From Entomortierella parvispora E1425 (lineage: Eukaryota; Fungi; Mortierellomycota), in NCBI GenBank assembly GCA_020891255.1, contig BQFW01000009.1:1811843-1875842 (forward strand): a stretch of 64,000 nucleotides of DNA, given 5' to 3'. This document shows, piece after piece, positions 12,301-29,969 of this stretch. A program made the position numbers and the translations under genes. The notes under the pieces are model-generated. The model was not told the origin of the DNA. It did not search any database and worked only from the letters and a program-made list of their open reading frames with translations. Within the stretch, counting starts at the first letter, position 1; the number at the start of each line of letters is the position of its first letter.

Positions 12301-14587
12301 TCGGTAATAAAGCCAGAGTCTATGCATCAAAGAATATCAGTGCCAAGATAAGGTGAGTCTCAGATTGCAGCGATAGGACAAAAACCAAGAAACCCACAAG
12401 TCTGAACGCCACATACTCATGCCATATTGGTGGGTGAGCTTCTCGATCAATTTGACGATCGTCCCTGCTACAATTGGTTTCAGACCAGCACTCCCGGTGC
12501 TGCCTTCGGAGGCCGTTTCTGGTTGTTGAGCGTATACAATTGTGCTGCAACCTTCGGCCGCTTCTGTGATATCGAAGACTCGCGCATCAATTTCCAAAAA
12601 GGGTGGAGGTACTGGGGGTGGTACAAGAGTCGTTGGTGTGGGCTCCGGACTCTGGACATTGTCCAAGGGGTCAAATTGCTTTCCCAATTTTTTGACGGAG
12701 GTTGTCTCCATTCGAGGAACTGTTGCAGTATCCTCTGTGTAAACTGGTATTGATTCCAGGGGATGGAGCGAAAACTGCTGAGAGGCGGACATATATCCTG
12801 AATCCTTGCCGAAACTGCGTGGGAGGCCAAACATGTTGTTGCTATTGTGGCCGCTGTAGAGGTCGCTGAACTCTCCGCTCAGCGGACTGAAAGGAACGGC
12901 AGGTAATGGGCCAGTGGGAGGTGGCAAAAATCCATTTGGAATTCGTCCCGCACTCTTTCGGCGTGGTGTAATATGGGGAGTAAATTCCTTGTCCCTCTCA
13001 ATAAAGGCGTGAACAGTCTGTCTGCGCTGATTTCCGGTCCAGCCTTTGGGGAGTTCTTCTGGTTGTGGTAGAGACATATCGGGGCGGTCAAGTGGTCTGG
13101 TTGGTGAGAAGGATATGGGGTAGCGGTTGTGTGATGCCCTCCTTGGTCCAGTGGGTTGTCCACTGTATACGCGGGTGGCTTCCACATCCGCATCCAAGGC
13201 GAGCTCTTCTCCACTAAACAGCGTCGTTCCCTGTGATTGCATACTTTGGCCTCCAAGAGATGAGACGCCAGAGTTCCGGGAGCTGGCCGTGTCGCCGAAC
13301 AGACTAGATGGTGAAATCTCCGCATTGCCAGAGCTCCTGTAAAAAAAATTTCAGGCGTCAGAACGGGCATTATCATTATAAAGCTCGAGTACATAGTCAG
13401 GGGTCACGCTCGCTTACCCCGAGGTTTGCGAATTCGACCAGCTTGATATTGCTCCAAAGGGTGAAAAATCATCCGTGTCAGAGTCGTCGCCGCTTTCATA
13501 ACTTGGGATACGGCGGCTGTGGTCCACTTGTGAATCTAAAGATGGATCGCTTGTATTGTGATCCCTTGCTCTCGACCAGGCTTCCTCTGCAGAAACGGTC
13601 ACCCAGCCAAAAATGGTTGATAGAGTGTTGAACTCCTTGGTGTTGGGTGCCACGTAAGAGTTGTGCCTTCTCCGTCCTGCATGTATGTTTTTTGAACGCG
13701 GTGTTGGTGTTGTGATTGCTGAGAGTACATCCGAGCCAATCGTCCTCCGAGGTGTCCGTGATCCTGACATGTGGCTCCTGCTCTCAGCAACCCAATTTGA
13801 AGAGTGCTGCCGAGGAGAACCAACAGGAGTTTGGTTGGGGGAAAGGGGGACGCAGACCGAGAGCGATCGCATGCGATCCAGTCTAGAACAGGGCATGGTT
13901 GTTGTCAGAGCTTACGAAAGATAGCTTTGATAGCAACAGTTTGCGCACTGACTCTTACGACTCTTACCTTGCTCCATGAATGTCAGTCATCGAGAGGCTA
14001 AAATCATTGCGGCGACCATTTTCCTCGTCAGTGTCCACCTCCGTCTCAGAGTTGAAGTCTTGGTCAGTTGAGTAGATATTTCCGGGAAGAGGCCTGGGGC
14101 TATAGCTATGATGGTCATGGTGCTCTTCCAGCGTCTCCAAAATATTATAGCTGAGGCTTGGATGTCGATCTGAGGACCTTTGCGACTGCTCTTGTGATAC
14201 CAGGTGTTGACCCCATGAGCTCCGTTTAAAGGGATGCAGAGGTGAGTTGTCCTTGCTAACATGGCCGTTGTCGAGCCCAGGCGACACATGTGTGTATCGC
14301 GGGTGCCAGTGAAGATGATGGCTCAGTGGCTCTCTGTGAAAAACCGTCGCGTCCTCTCTGCCCGACCTGCGGGTATCGCCCAGGGGACTTTCGGTGAAGT
14401 GATCGTACCCGCTGCCTTCGTTCTGCGCAAGAGTGATGCCGGCACGAGTGAACGCGTCCCAGTCCTGGTCGGCGATGGGCCTGCCATCCTGCCTCAGCTG
14501 CTGGTCGCTGGCCATCCTTCGACGCGGTGGGGGGCACGTGACGTGCCCTATGGACATGCGCAACGTTGTGGTCCTGTCAGATGCCAT
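9362..14587 (-). CDS. Ras guanine-nucleotide exchange factor (REM + CDC25 domains)
   Basis: REM motifs IVAGTIVKLIEKLT and VFRHWINNHFEDDF. CDC25 motifs IAQQLCLLE, WVASEVV...RVRVIEKFIRIAQ, ISPCSNWNVLR and GCIPFLGLFVFDL. Multi-exon with a long low-complexity N-terminus; the start codon (14587) is tentative. Confidence 0.88.
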
Positions 14588-16388
14588 GAATGCAATCGAG
14601 GGAGCAGATGTGTGCAGTGGGGACAATGGTGGATGTGGTCGACTGAGGAGGCAAGTGTGTCCTGAGGAGCACATGCGATGCTGCCTGGGAGAAGAAAAAA
14701 GAGGCGGATGTCGAGAAGGAGAGAAGGAGTTGCGAGCAAAGCGAGGCAATAAAAAAAAATAAAAAAAAAAATAAAAAAAAAAAAATGCAGAAAGAAAGAA
14801 CAAGTGCAACAGTGAGAACGACAGAGAGACGAACAGCGAGGCGAGAGCACGGTCCAATAACGGGAGGAAAATGAAAAAGAAAGGGGGGATGGACTAAGGA
14901 CGAGGAGAAGAGAGGGAGGAGAGCAACAGGACAAGAGGGACACCATGCGGAGGAACTCCCACATCAGCACAGCCAGCAAAAAGACCATCCAAACCGCCTC
15001 CCATTCGTCCTTGACGACGGTCCCTGTTCCCGGTCGGGAGATGACGCCGATTACGCACTGAGGACGGACAGTGATGTTGGGGACAGAGGAAGAGGTCTCG
15101 AGTCTCCCAAGCGCGCAATCCTGCCCAAATGCTGCACAATCCAGCCCCCCGTTTCAAAAGATTGCCGACTTGTCTGAACACAAGTCCATGAACGGTTGGT
15201 GCTGCACGGATCGATGCTGATGCGTTTGGTGTCGGTGCAACGACTCCCTAACTCTCTTTTTTTTTTCTTTTTCTTTATCCTATCCCCCTTTGGACCCTTA
15301 CGTTCGCTTGTTGGTTGGTTCCTCATGTCTTCTCCCAGTTCATGTCCTGACAATGGGAGGTGCAAGAAGCAGGCACAGAAGAAAGGGGAATCTCCAGGGG
15401 AGACGAGGGAGGAGGAGGAAGGAGAGGAGGTTTTTTGCCCTTGCATTCAATTCACTGGAGTTTTGATCTCAATTCTCGGATCAAAGACTGACAGGGTCCT
15501 GAACGCGATGCTCCCGAACGACTAGCTCAGGACAACATCTCTTCCCGCGCCTTCAATTTGACTGATCTTTGTTTCCGCTGCATGCAAACAAAAGAGGCCA
15601 ACAAGATGCGCGGGCATGTCGGCGTGTGCTTGAGTGAACACAGTTGGTGATTTCGTGCAGCTCCCGCCCTCTTGACTCAATTGCTTGTACCTTCCCGCTC
15701 TCTCGACATCTTGTTTGCCCTCTTGCATTGTGCGCGCGCGCAAGCATGGTCCCACGCCCTGTGCATCCTGTCGTCCATCAATCCAGTGCCGCTTGTTTTA
15801 AAGTTCTTGAGCAATTGTGTCTGTTTCCTGTGTTCTGTTCTTGTGTCCAGAGATCCTCGTCACCGCTGCTGCAAGAGAGAGCCATTGTGGTCCAGTTCGT
15901 GTTCAAGATTGTGATGTGGTTTGGTACTCGTGGGAGGAGCACGAGTTGGGACGAACCCACGCCACCAATCTAGAGATACCTAGTAGATAGATAACCGCGG
16001 TGGACAGAACGACTGGGCTAGGGCTTTGTTGACGTTGACCCCAACGCTATTGCGTTACACGTAACGTTATTTGTGGATTATTGAGTCTAGAGAGCTGCCA
16101 GTGGTCTGACGAGCAAAATAGGGAATCCGCTGCGGCTTCGATGCGTTGGAGCACTGTGGACGAATGGAGCAAAAGGCAGCTGAATGGACCCAACAAAGGC
16201 GTCCATATTCGACAACCGCCACTGACAACTAGCGTCAAAACAACACGTATGCGGTGTACAAGTAGATGGATGATGGATAGTTTGGAATCGTATAAATATC
16301 ACCATGTCCCCCCACACTTTCTTGCACAATCGTACCTCAGTCAAGCATTCAACTCAGCCCATCTCTTAGCTGCTGCCACTCTAACATC

Positions 16389-17482
16389 ATGTCCACCCCT
16401 TGCCTTCGCTCTTTTGTCTCTGACCTTTCCACAGCGGAGCAGTCCGCTGTTCTCGCGAACCCTGACTCAACCTTCCGTCTCGCTTACTTTAAGGCCTTCA
16501 GTGCAGGAGCCACAGCCCGAGATCTTCTCGCCTATGGCAAAGCAACTTGGAAGAACCAGTTTCCTACGGTAAGTCTTTGTACAAATCGCGTGTGAACTTG
16601 AGGTCCTCCTGTCTGCCAAAATGATCTCTTTTCTTACCCATCTTACTTTCTAGGATATAGAATGGAGTAACGGAAGTGGCACAGTCCCCACCCCCTTCCG
16701 AGTGATGCCTTTGTTGAACATTATCTCCCCAGATGGAAAGGTACGAGATGCTCTAACAATAATCAATGCACTTTTTTTTTCACGGGAGATACCTTATACC
16801 CAAAGTCAAGTTACCAACGCCTCTCCCCTCCAACTTTATCCACTGTACCTTTGTGTGTAATAGGAGGTATTCATTACGGAGACGATCGTTATTGATCACT
16901 TCCTGGCTAAGAGGTACAATCTCTTGGGCGACAACGAGTATGAGGAGATGACCATCAAGGGCATCTACAACAACATTCATTACCTGCGAGAGCGATCCTT
17001 CATCGCCATGACATGGACCTATGAGGACAAAAGAAAGGAGGCCCTTGGCAGATTCATGACTCGGGCATTCCCTCGTTTCATCGAGGATCAGGAATTCCAT
17101 TTGAACGCCAACGGCAACAATGGACACTATATTGGAAACAAGGTAGGCAATTGCAACCCTTCGTGTTCAGATGTTGATGAGTAGGGAGGAGGACAGGCAA
17201 CCCCACTCACACGTATCCTTTTACGATTACGATGCGTTCTAGTTGTCTCTCGCCGACATTCACTTGGCCAACGTCATTGATCACTTTGCCACGTTACCTT
17301 CGGGGAAGGAGATCTTGGCCTTGTTCCAAAAGTCGGAACTCTGGAAGGTCAAGGAGAATGTGGAGAAGAACCCTGATATTGCTGTCTGGAGGGCGTCGGA
17401 GGAATTCAAGCAGTGCTTTGATGGCTCCGTCAAAATCTACTCTATCACTGCTGTTCCCAAGGACGGAGCAGTCGAAGCTTGA
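16389..17482 (+). CDS. Glutathione S-transferase (Tyr-type, sigma-like), copy 1
   Basis: Four exons: MSTPC...FRLAYF...QFPT | ...TPFRVMPLL...DGK | EVFITETIVIDHFLAK...LLGDNEYEE...GHYIGNK | LSLADIHLANVIDHF...WRAS. Contains the N-terminal Tyr strand, the cis-Pro motif and the N-capping/hydrophobic-staple motif. Confidence 0.9.
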
Positions 17483-17874
17483 ACATGAAAGCGCGCAGCA
17501 CGTTTGGTCCAATAAAAAGATGGCGTGGGATGACGATGATTTTTTTTTTTTCAATTTTTTTCCCACCACTTTGTTCAGACTCAGAAAGGAAGTGGTGGTG
17601 GCATGCTCCGTCAAACGAAAAGATGCTCTTGACCCTTGAGTCCATCCTCACCTTTGCTGACTCTAGCTCATCCTCTTTGGCCATGTCTGGGCTTTTGTAG
17701 TTCAACATACGCGCAGTCCCAGCCATCATTATTGTCTCTTGTTGGCCTGGTTGGCCTGGAGAGGACAGTTATAAATTGAGCGGCCCCGATGTGCAGGGTT
17801 TTCCTTTGTTCTTTTCACTTTATTTCTACAGCACCTGCCTTTCTCTACTACAACAACCACCGCATCCTATCACC

Positions 17875-18957
17875 ATGACTCCTACCCCCATTGTCGATGC
17901 CAGCCACTATGTCCGCGACGCTCCAACGGCCGAGCTCTCCAAGTCTGTTGGACAACCATATTCGTTCAAGTTCCTTTACTTCCCCATCCACGCCGCCGGT
18001 TCATGTAGTCGCGAACTACTTGGTTACGGAAAGGACAAGTTCGCGTTTGAAATTCTTTCACCTGCTGTAGGCCATCGTACTCTGTCTCTCTATATCCCTC
18101 TCTCCTTGCACCGTGGAAGTAGCTAACTCAATTGGTCAATTTCTTGCGAATGCGATATTAGAACTGGGGAGAAGAAAAGCCCAAAACACCTTTCCACTGC
18201 ATGCCAGTTCTCTATATCAAAACGAAAGATGGCAAGGTAAGGAGAAAAAAAAAGAAAAAAAGCTGTTGACTGAAACTGAAAATCAGGCATAGTCCAGAAT
18301 TGCCCACTCATACATTCCTTCCTCCTTCTTGTCCACATCATAAATCCAGGATCTTGTTCTCTCAGAGGCTTCGGTCATTGAGCACTACTTGGCCAAGCAC
18401 ATGAACCTTTTAGGCGACAACGAGTATGAAGAACTCCTCATCAAATCGTTTCACTCGTCCTCGACCATGTTCCAGGGTGGCTTTGCCAGCAACGTGACAT
18501 GGTGCCCTCCCGAGGTACAGCCCCAGACGCTTGCCTACTTCAAGGCCAACACCTTCCCTACCTGGATTAAGACCCACACCAAGCACCTCCTTGACAATGG
18601 TGATAATGGTCATTACATTGGCAACAAGGTAAGTTACGAAAGAAGAAAAGTGGTTACAACAAACGCCTGCGGTCTTCGAGAAAGAAGGCACTCATCAGTC
18701 GATCAATCAATTGACAGCTGTCCTTGGCCGATATCCGAACGGCCAACGCGATCGAGCATCTTTCTGTTCAGCCCTGTGCCGACGAATTGATGGATATCAT
18801 CAAGAAGGCACCTTCGTTGATGAAGGTCCGAGAGACAGTGGCGAATGACCCCAAGATTGCGGCTTGGCGAGCCTCTAAGGAATACCAGACTTTGACCTCC
18901 AACTCCAAGGCCTTCTTTTTGAACCCCATGAAGTTCATGGGTCCCCCAAAGATCTAA
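17875..18957 (+). CDS. Glutathione S-transferase (Tyr-type, sigma-like), copy 2
   Basis: Four exons with the same intron positions as copy 1: ...FKFLYF...LSPA | NWGEEKPKTPFHCMPVL...DGK | DLVLSEASVIEHYLAK...LLGDNEYEE...GHYIGNK | LSLADIRTANAIEH...WRAS. Confidence 0.9.
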
Positions 18958-19458
18958 ATATCCCAACATCTCTTTTACACCTGAGCTGAAAAAGCAAACT
19001 GAGCTGCCATATGGATAAAAAAAAAGAGAGCCAACACGAATAACCTGATAAAAAGCAAATGCGTTTGTTTGCACCCTTGTCTATTTTCGGTTTGTGCAAA
19101 GTCATTGCCTGGAGGACCATGGTGGCTGTTTGATGTTGTTATCGGGGGGTGGTGGACGTCGTACGTAAACAAGGTTGCTCTCGACAACAGGAAGCGACGC
19201 GACGCGTGGTCTTGCACAGAACAAAGATCAGAGTGCCAAACAGAGGGATGGGTGGACAGAGCAAGGCAGGACCGAAGGAAGCAACAGACAGACAGGGAGA
19301 CAAGACAGACAGAGAGACACAAGAGAAGAGAACAAATGGCCACGCCACACAAACAACAGAACAAGAACAGGCATGGCCAGTCCAGCCCAGGCACGGCACG
19401 GGCACGCCCCGTCCGTCTCCGTGCGCGTGCACCCCCTTTATTTTTGGTGCATTGAGAT

Positions 19459-19521
19459 TCTGTCTGTCTGTCCGTCTGTCTGTCCGTCTGTCTGTCCCTC
19501 TGTCTGTCTGTCTGTCCGTCC
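19459..19521. repeat. (TCTG/TCCG)n tetranucleotide microsatellite
   Basis: About 15 imperfect TCTG/TCCG units upstream of the kinase start. Confidence 0.85.
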
Positions 19522-19567
19522 GTCGCATTTCAGTCAGTCACCTCTCTCCATTCCACCCCATGTGCGC

Positions 19568-24992
<5,425 letters not shown>

Positions 24993-25960
24993 TCTTTCTC
25001 TTTTTTATGATCCAAATAATACCCTTCTTTACTTCTCTTCTTGGGCGCTGCAATAAAGCTATAGTGGGCGTACTGACTAGAGAGACCAATTGCTCGTGGA
25101 GGGGCAGCTTCGATGTAAGTCCACTTTCGCGCATTGATCTTCCAACCTCTTCGCAACTTGCGCTTGATTCACCTTGGGGCACAGCCATCAGATGAATCGC
25201 GCATTCCGCATTCCATTGAGCAATGGGCAGGAGTCCGAGTGCGGTGCGCATGAGCTTTGCATGTGAATGTGAGAAACAGAATGTCCACCCTTGGCTTCGA
25301 GGTAAGGTTGGTTGAGCTTAAGAGAGATGGAGAGATAACCTTGTTTCCATGGGGTGCCACGAAGATGACGCGCTCGTCTTTCTTTGGGAGCTTTCGCCTT
25401 GCGAGAGTCGAGATTGATTGGGCACCACTGCTTCTGCCCGATCCTCGGTTATCGTCCTGCATTGCGTACCACAGCAGCGGATTCCCTCAATTAGGATCTG
25501 AACCCTCCCGCGACCGCGACCTCGTACCCCGATCCGAGACATGATGCGGCGGGCTTTGGAGATTGAGGTTTGACTTGGGCAAAGCCCAAAAGAAAGCGCC
25601 CCGACGAAGAACGGTCGGGCCCAAAGGCATCTTCGCGATAGCGATAAAAAAGACGGGAGCAAGCAAAAGGAACTGCGAGGGAAGGAAGGTCGAGAACCAA
25701 CCTGCATGCAGCGGTCCGAGCTAGCGGCCTGCTGCAACCAAGACAGCACGCACAGATGCATGGTCTCAAACATTTTTTTTCCTTTCATATAAAAAGAGGC
25801 CCATGGATCGATCAGTTTTCGCTTCTCACGCTCATTCATTCCCACATCAACAACAACTCTTTCCTCCCAACCTGCAACTACCTTTACTTGCACTTGCACT
25901 TGCACTCTCATAACCACACACAACCACCCTCACAACTCCACCCAACCCACACACATCACC

Positions 25961-26998
25961 ATGGCATCTCCAAAGAAAGGTATCGATCGATCTCCCCCCC
26001 CCCCTACCTCCCTTGATCAGCAGTAATCGTTCCCTCGCTCAAAGTTGACCTGCCGACTAACAAACAATGTCGCATTCCCTATGCCTCCTTCAGGTTCACA
26101 ACTGGCCATCATTGGTGCAGGATCTGTCGGATCCGCCATTGCCTTCGCCTGCCTGATGCGCTCCGTCGTCTCTGAACTTCTTATCAACGACTTTAACGAA
26201 AAGATCTGCGAAGGTCAAGTCTTGGATCTCCAGGATGCTGCATTTGTCTCGGCCACCAAGGTCAAGGTCGCCACCCTGCGCCAGTGTGGTGAAGCTGATA
26301 TCATCGTCATCACAGCAGGAGCACGTCAACGACCTGGCGAGACTCGCGACGCACTTGTTCTCAGAAACGAAGAAATCCTCAAAGGCGTCTTGGAGGGCAT
26401 GCAACCTATCAAGAAGACGGCCATCCTCGTCCTGGTCGCCAACCCTGTCAATATCTTGACCTGCATGGCCCAGAAGATGTCTGGTCTTCCCACCCATCAG
26501 GTCATTGGTACAGGAACCCTTCTGGACTCTGTGCGTTTGCGCGTGGCGTTGAAGCAACACCTTCATGTTTCGGAGCGATCCATCCACGCGTACATTGTCG
26601 GCGACCACGGCGATAAGCAAGTTGCCGTCTGGTCATCAGCTCATGTCGGTGGCAAGCCCCTGTTGGCTTTTGAGAAACTGCAGGGCATTGATCTAGATGA
26701 GGAGGCCAAGAAGGTCGCCAACAAAGCTTATAGTATCATTGACCTCAAGGGCGCCACTTCTTTTGGTATTGCTGCCGTTGTCTCAGAAATCGCCCTCAGT
26801 ATCACCTTGAACCGATTGACGATCAGCCCTCTGTCGACTTATTCCGAGCGATTTGATGCCTGTTTGTCCTTCCCAGTCTCCCTGGGCACAAACGGTGTGG
26901 ACACTATCGTGTACCCAGATATGGACGAGAAGGAGCTTGCTCTTGTCGAGGCCAGTGCCAAGACGACACGAGAGGCATGCGCAAAGTACACCAAGTAA
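25961..26998 (+). CDS. ldh: L-lactate dehydrogenase (Rhizopus ldh-like, NAD-dependent)
   Basis: Exon 1 is 25961-25979 (MASPKK) and exon 2 is 26094-26998. Motifs GAGSVG, QVLDLQDA, AGARQRPGETR (Gln at the LDH specificity position), VANPVN, LDSVR and GDHGD. Confidence 0.92.
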
Positions 26999-27350
26999 CA
27001 TGGACCATCCTCAGTTACCAGCATTCAAACAGAAATAAAACCATAATGCGTTGCATCAATACGGGATATCCAGGAATTACTTGCGATGGTCTCGCGTTTG
27101 TGCAACATCATAGATCATATCACTTTCTTCCAACTGTGAGACCTTCAACGGAACGTGGGAGAGCGATTTGGACGTCGAGCGTGCGCGTTACGGGCCCGGT
27201 GGTGTCCAGCGGGGAGCCTCAGCCCGGTATTGAACTCTGTCATGAATTGAATTCAAATCCATGAAGAGGTAACCAATGGCTAGCCCTCGTCGCTGTACAA
27301 ACTTGAAGGAGATATGTCGATTTCAAGATTCCATGGTTCTTAAGACCTGT

Positions 27351-29528
27351 TTATTTCTTGGAGTTGCTACTTTGATTGGACGATCCTGTTGTCGTGGAAG
27401 CAGTTCCAGTGGCACTAGAATGGGTAGCCTGGGAAGTCTTGAAACAAATAATATTGTTTTCTGATGTAATAATGTCATCTTCTCCAATCTACAAATCCAA
27501 AAAATACATATTAGACAAACATCCAGCACTCTTTGATCGATGCTATGTAAAAGCAGGCTAGCCTTTTTACCTTCCGGTTGCCAATTGTTTCTGCTCCAAG
27601 GTAGTGCTTTGCGATTTCTGGGTGAACAATATCGGCAAACTCCAGGACCGTTGTGCCTGGCCAGATCATGACACAGTCCCTGAAGACTCCTTTTCCGTTG
27701 GCGTTCGCAAAAGTTGAAAGACTCTTAACTGGGAAAGCTGGGACCAGCCCAAGAACCTCCACTGCCTTGAGAATTACATCCTGAACGCCTGTGGAGCCAT
27801 AGCGGTAGAGAACCAAATCCTGTACCTTCTCGATGCGACTAATGTTCGATGGCAAAGGATATCTAGTGTTAGTTCTGTCTGCATCATGTAGTCCTAGGCA
27901 CTTGCCAGAGTAGAGGTGAATGGTATTGATTCTGCTTACCCCTGGAGTTTGTCATCCAACGACTTCAAATCCGAGTCCGGCTAAAGGGTGAACGTCATCA
28001 GCATGAAGAAATAGTACCGTTAGTTATCAGCCTTAGAATTGCCGCGCAGCGTCATGTCATGAACGAAATACATACAAGGTCCTCCTTTGTCTGCACGTTG
28101 TCTGTTCCCTCCTCATAATTAATGAATTTTTGCTTCGCCAGCTTTCTCAAAAATGTCTCCGCGAGTGCACTCGAGAGTACAATCTTGTTCTACATCATAT
28201 CACAGAAGAAGTGGAAGTACAGGCACAAGAGTTAGTTTTGGATTGCCACGATCCACCGCCACCGCCACAAAAAAAAAAAAAAAAAGACTTTACCTGATCA
28301 TATTTCCTCATGATTTTGGAAATGTTTTTGTCCGAGTCGGGGAGATCAATCTTGTTGAGGGCCTGAGATGAATCATAAAAGTTCAATTAGTTGTCCAACT
28401 TGGTCTCGTGTGCGCTAACTTGGATCAAATTCGCATGGTGCCTACAATAATAGTGGGGAACCGCTCATCTAAGAATGCGTCAACGACTTTTTTAATTGTC
28501 TCCTTCTCCCATGTATCCATAGCATCCTTGACGCCACTCCTGTCCAAAGTTCGTTGAACAATCACTAACGTTGCTCCATATCCAGAAAGTTGAGTATGAA
28601 GTGTTTCCGCAGTGGATGCCTCTATTTTGTTTCAGACAATGTAGAGTCGACATTGTACACAATACGGTTAAAGCAGATTCTTCAGTCTTTTGTCATACTG
28701 TAATTTGAGCACGATGGAGGCCAGCGATGTCCCACTTACTGATTGCGAGATGACGACGAACAATCTGGCCCCATTTCTTGTTCAGATTTCCATAGATCCA
28801 AGAGTGAATCTCTCCCCTGAGCCACTCAATGTCGCCAATAGGGTCATATCCAATCGTCTCCTTTCCGTTAGCATCAGTGGTGCCGCTGACATCAACAACA
28901 TGGATCAGTGCATTGGCATGTCGAAGGTCGTCCAGAAACTGATTTCCAAGTCCTTGGCCCTCAGAAGCTCCAGGAACCAACCCAGCGACATCCAAGATTT
29001 GGATAGGTACAAATCGCTTTCCGTCTATGCAGCGACCTGTTTGCCACAACAAGTTCAAAGTTAGTCTTGAGAAATGGGCTGAGATCGGACGAACTTCTTT
29101 GAGCTTCATATTGAAATGAACGTCTTACCATATCTTGGCGCACAAAGGTGCGACTTTCCGAAGCGTTTGCAGGGACACTCGATCGGAAAGTAAGCTACAA
29201 GGTATATTAACATCCCGTTAGCAGCCGTGACAGAGTAATCCAAGAGCTATTTTTGATAACCTGCCGATTCATGTAGAATCTCTGTCAACTTTGGAACAAC
29301 ATACCGATGCCGTTGTTGGGCTTAATAGTGGTGAAAGGGTAGTTTCCAACCTTGGCAGTTGCATCCGTGACTAGAAAATAGAGTGAATACGCTTGGTCGT
29401 TAGATTATTTCTGGACATGGGGAAGATGTCCTGTCAACCTACTACTCCAGCAACCACGTACCTGCGTTCAAGAAGGAGGACTTTCCTGCGGAAGGCTTTC
29501 CGACGCATGCAATGATGACATCCTTCAT
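27351..29528 (-). CDS. Obg-family GTP-binding protein (yeast YGR210C / archaeal-type)
   Basis: [22 protein letters not shown] (G1), [11 protein letters not shown] (G2) and [38 protein letters not shown] (G3). C-terminal exons ([12 protein letters not shown]...AETIGNRK|IGEDDII) run to a TAA at 27351. Confidence 0.9.
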
Positions 29529-29969
29529 GGCGATGAGAGAGACGAGGGGAAATGGGCGATTCTGAGAGTTTGTCCTGTAGCGGCTAGGCGAGTCCTAGTC
29601 CTGGTTCCTGGGTTTGTCTGCTCGTCTGTCCGTCGAGTTGCAATGGAGAGAGAGCGATGGCATGATGCACCGAGGAAAAAAAAAAAAAAAAAAAAAAAAA
29701 AACGGGTGGCTTTGCTCCATTCTGGCTCCATTCTGGCACAATTAATGCATGCATGCTTCCACATTGGCACGTTATTCCTCTGTGTATCTTCCTTCGTTCT
29801 GTTCCTTGCTCGTTCGTCTCTCTCTCCGACCACACCGTCACTATTACACGCGCCCTGTCTGAAAAACGGAAGCAGGAAACAGGAATCTAACAGAACAAGG
29901 AGAATCACCTTCAGGATTCAATCAATCACCTCTCCAACTCACGCGTAAAAGGGCAAGCAGGTCGCGTCC
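29529..29969. promoter_or_regulatory. Short divergent intergenic region (Obg GTPase / TFC3) with a 27-nt poly(A) tract
   Basis: 441 bp between head-to-head start codons, with poly(dA) at 29676-29702. Bidirectional promoter function is inferred. Confidence 0.6.
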
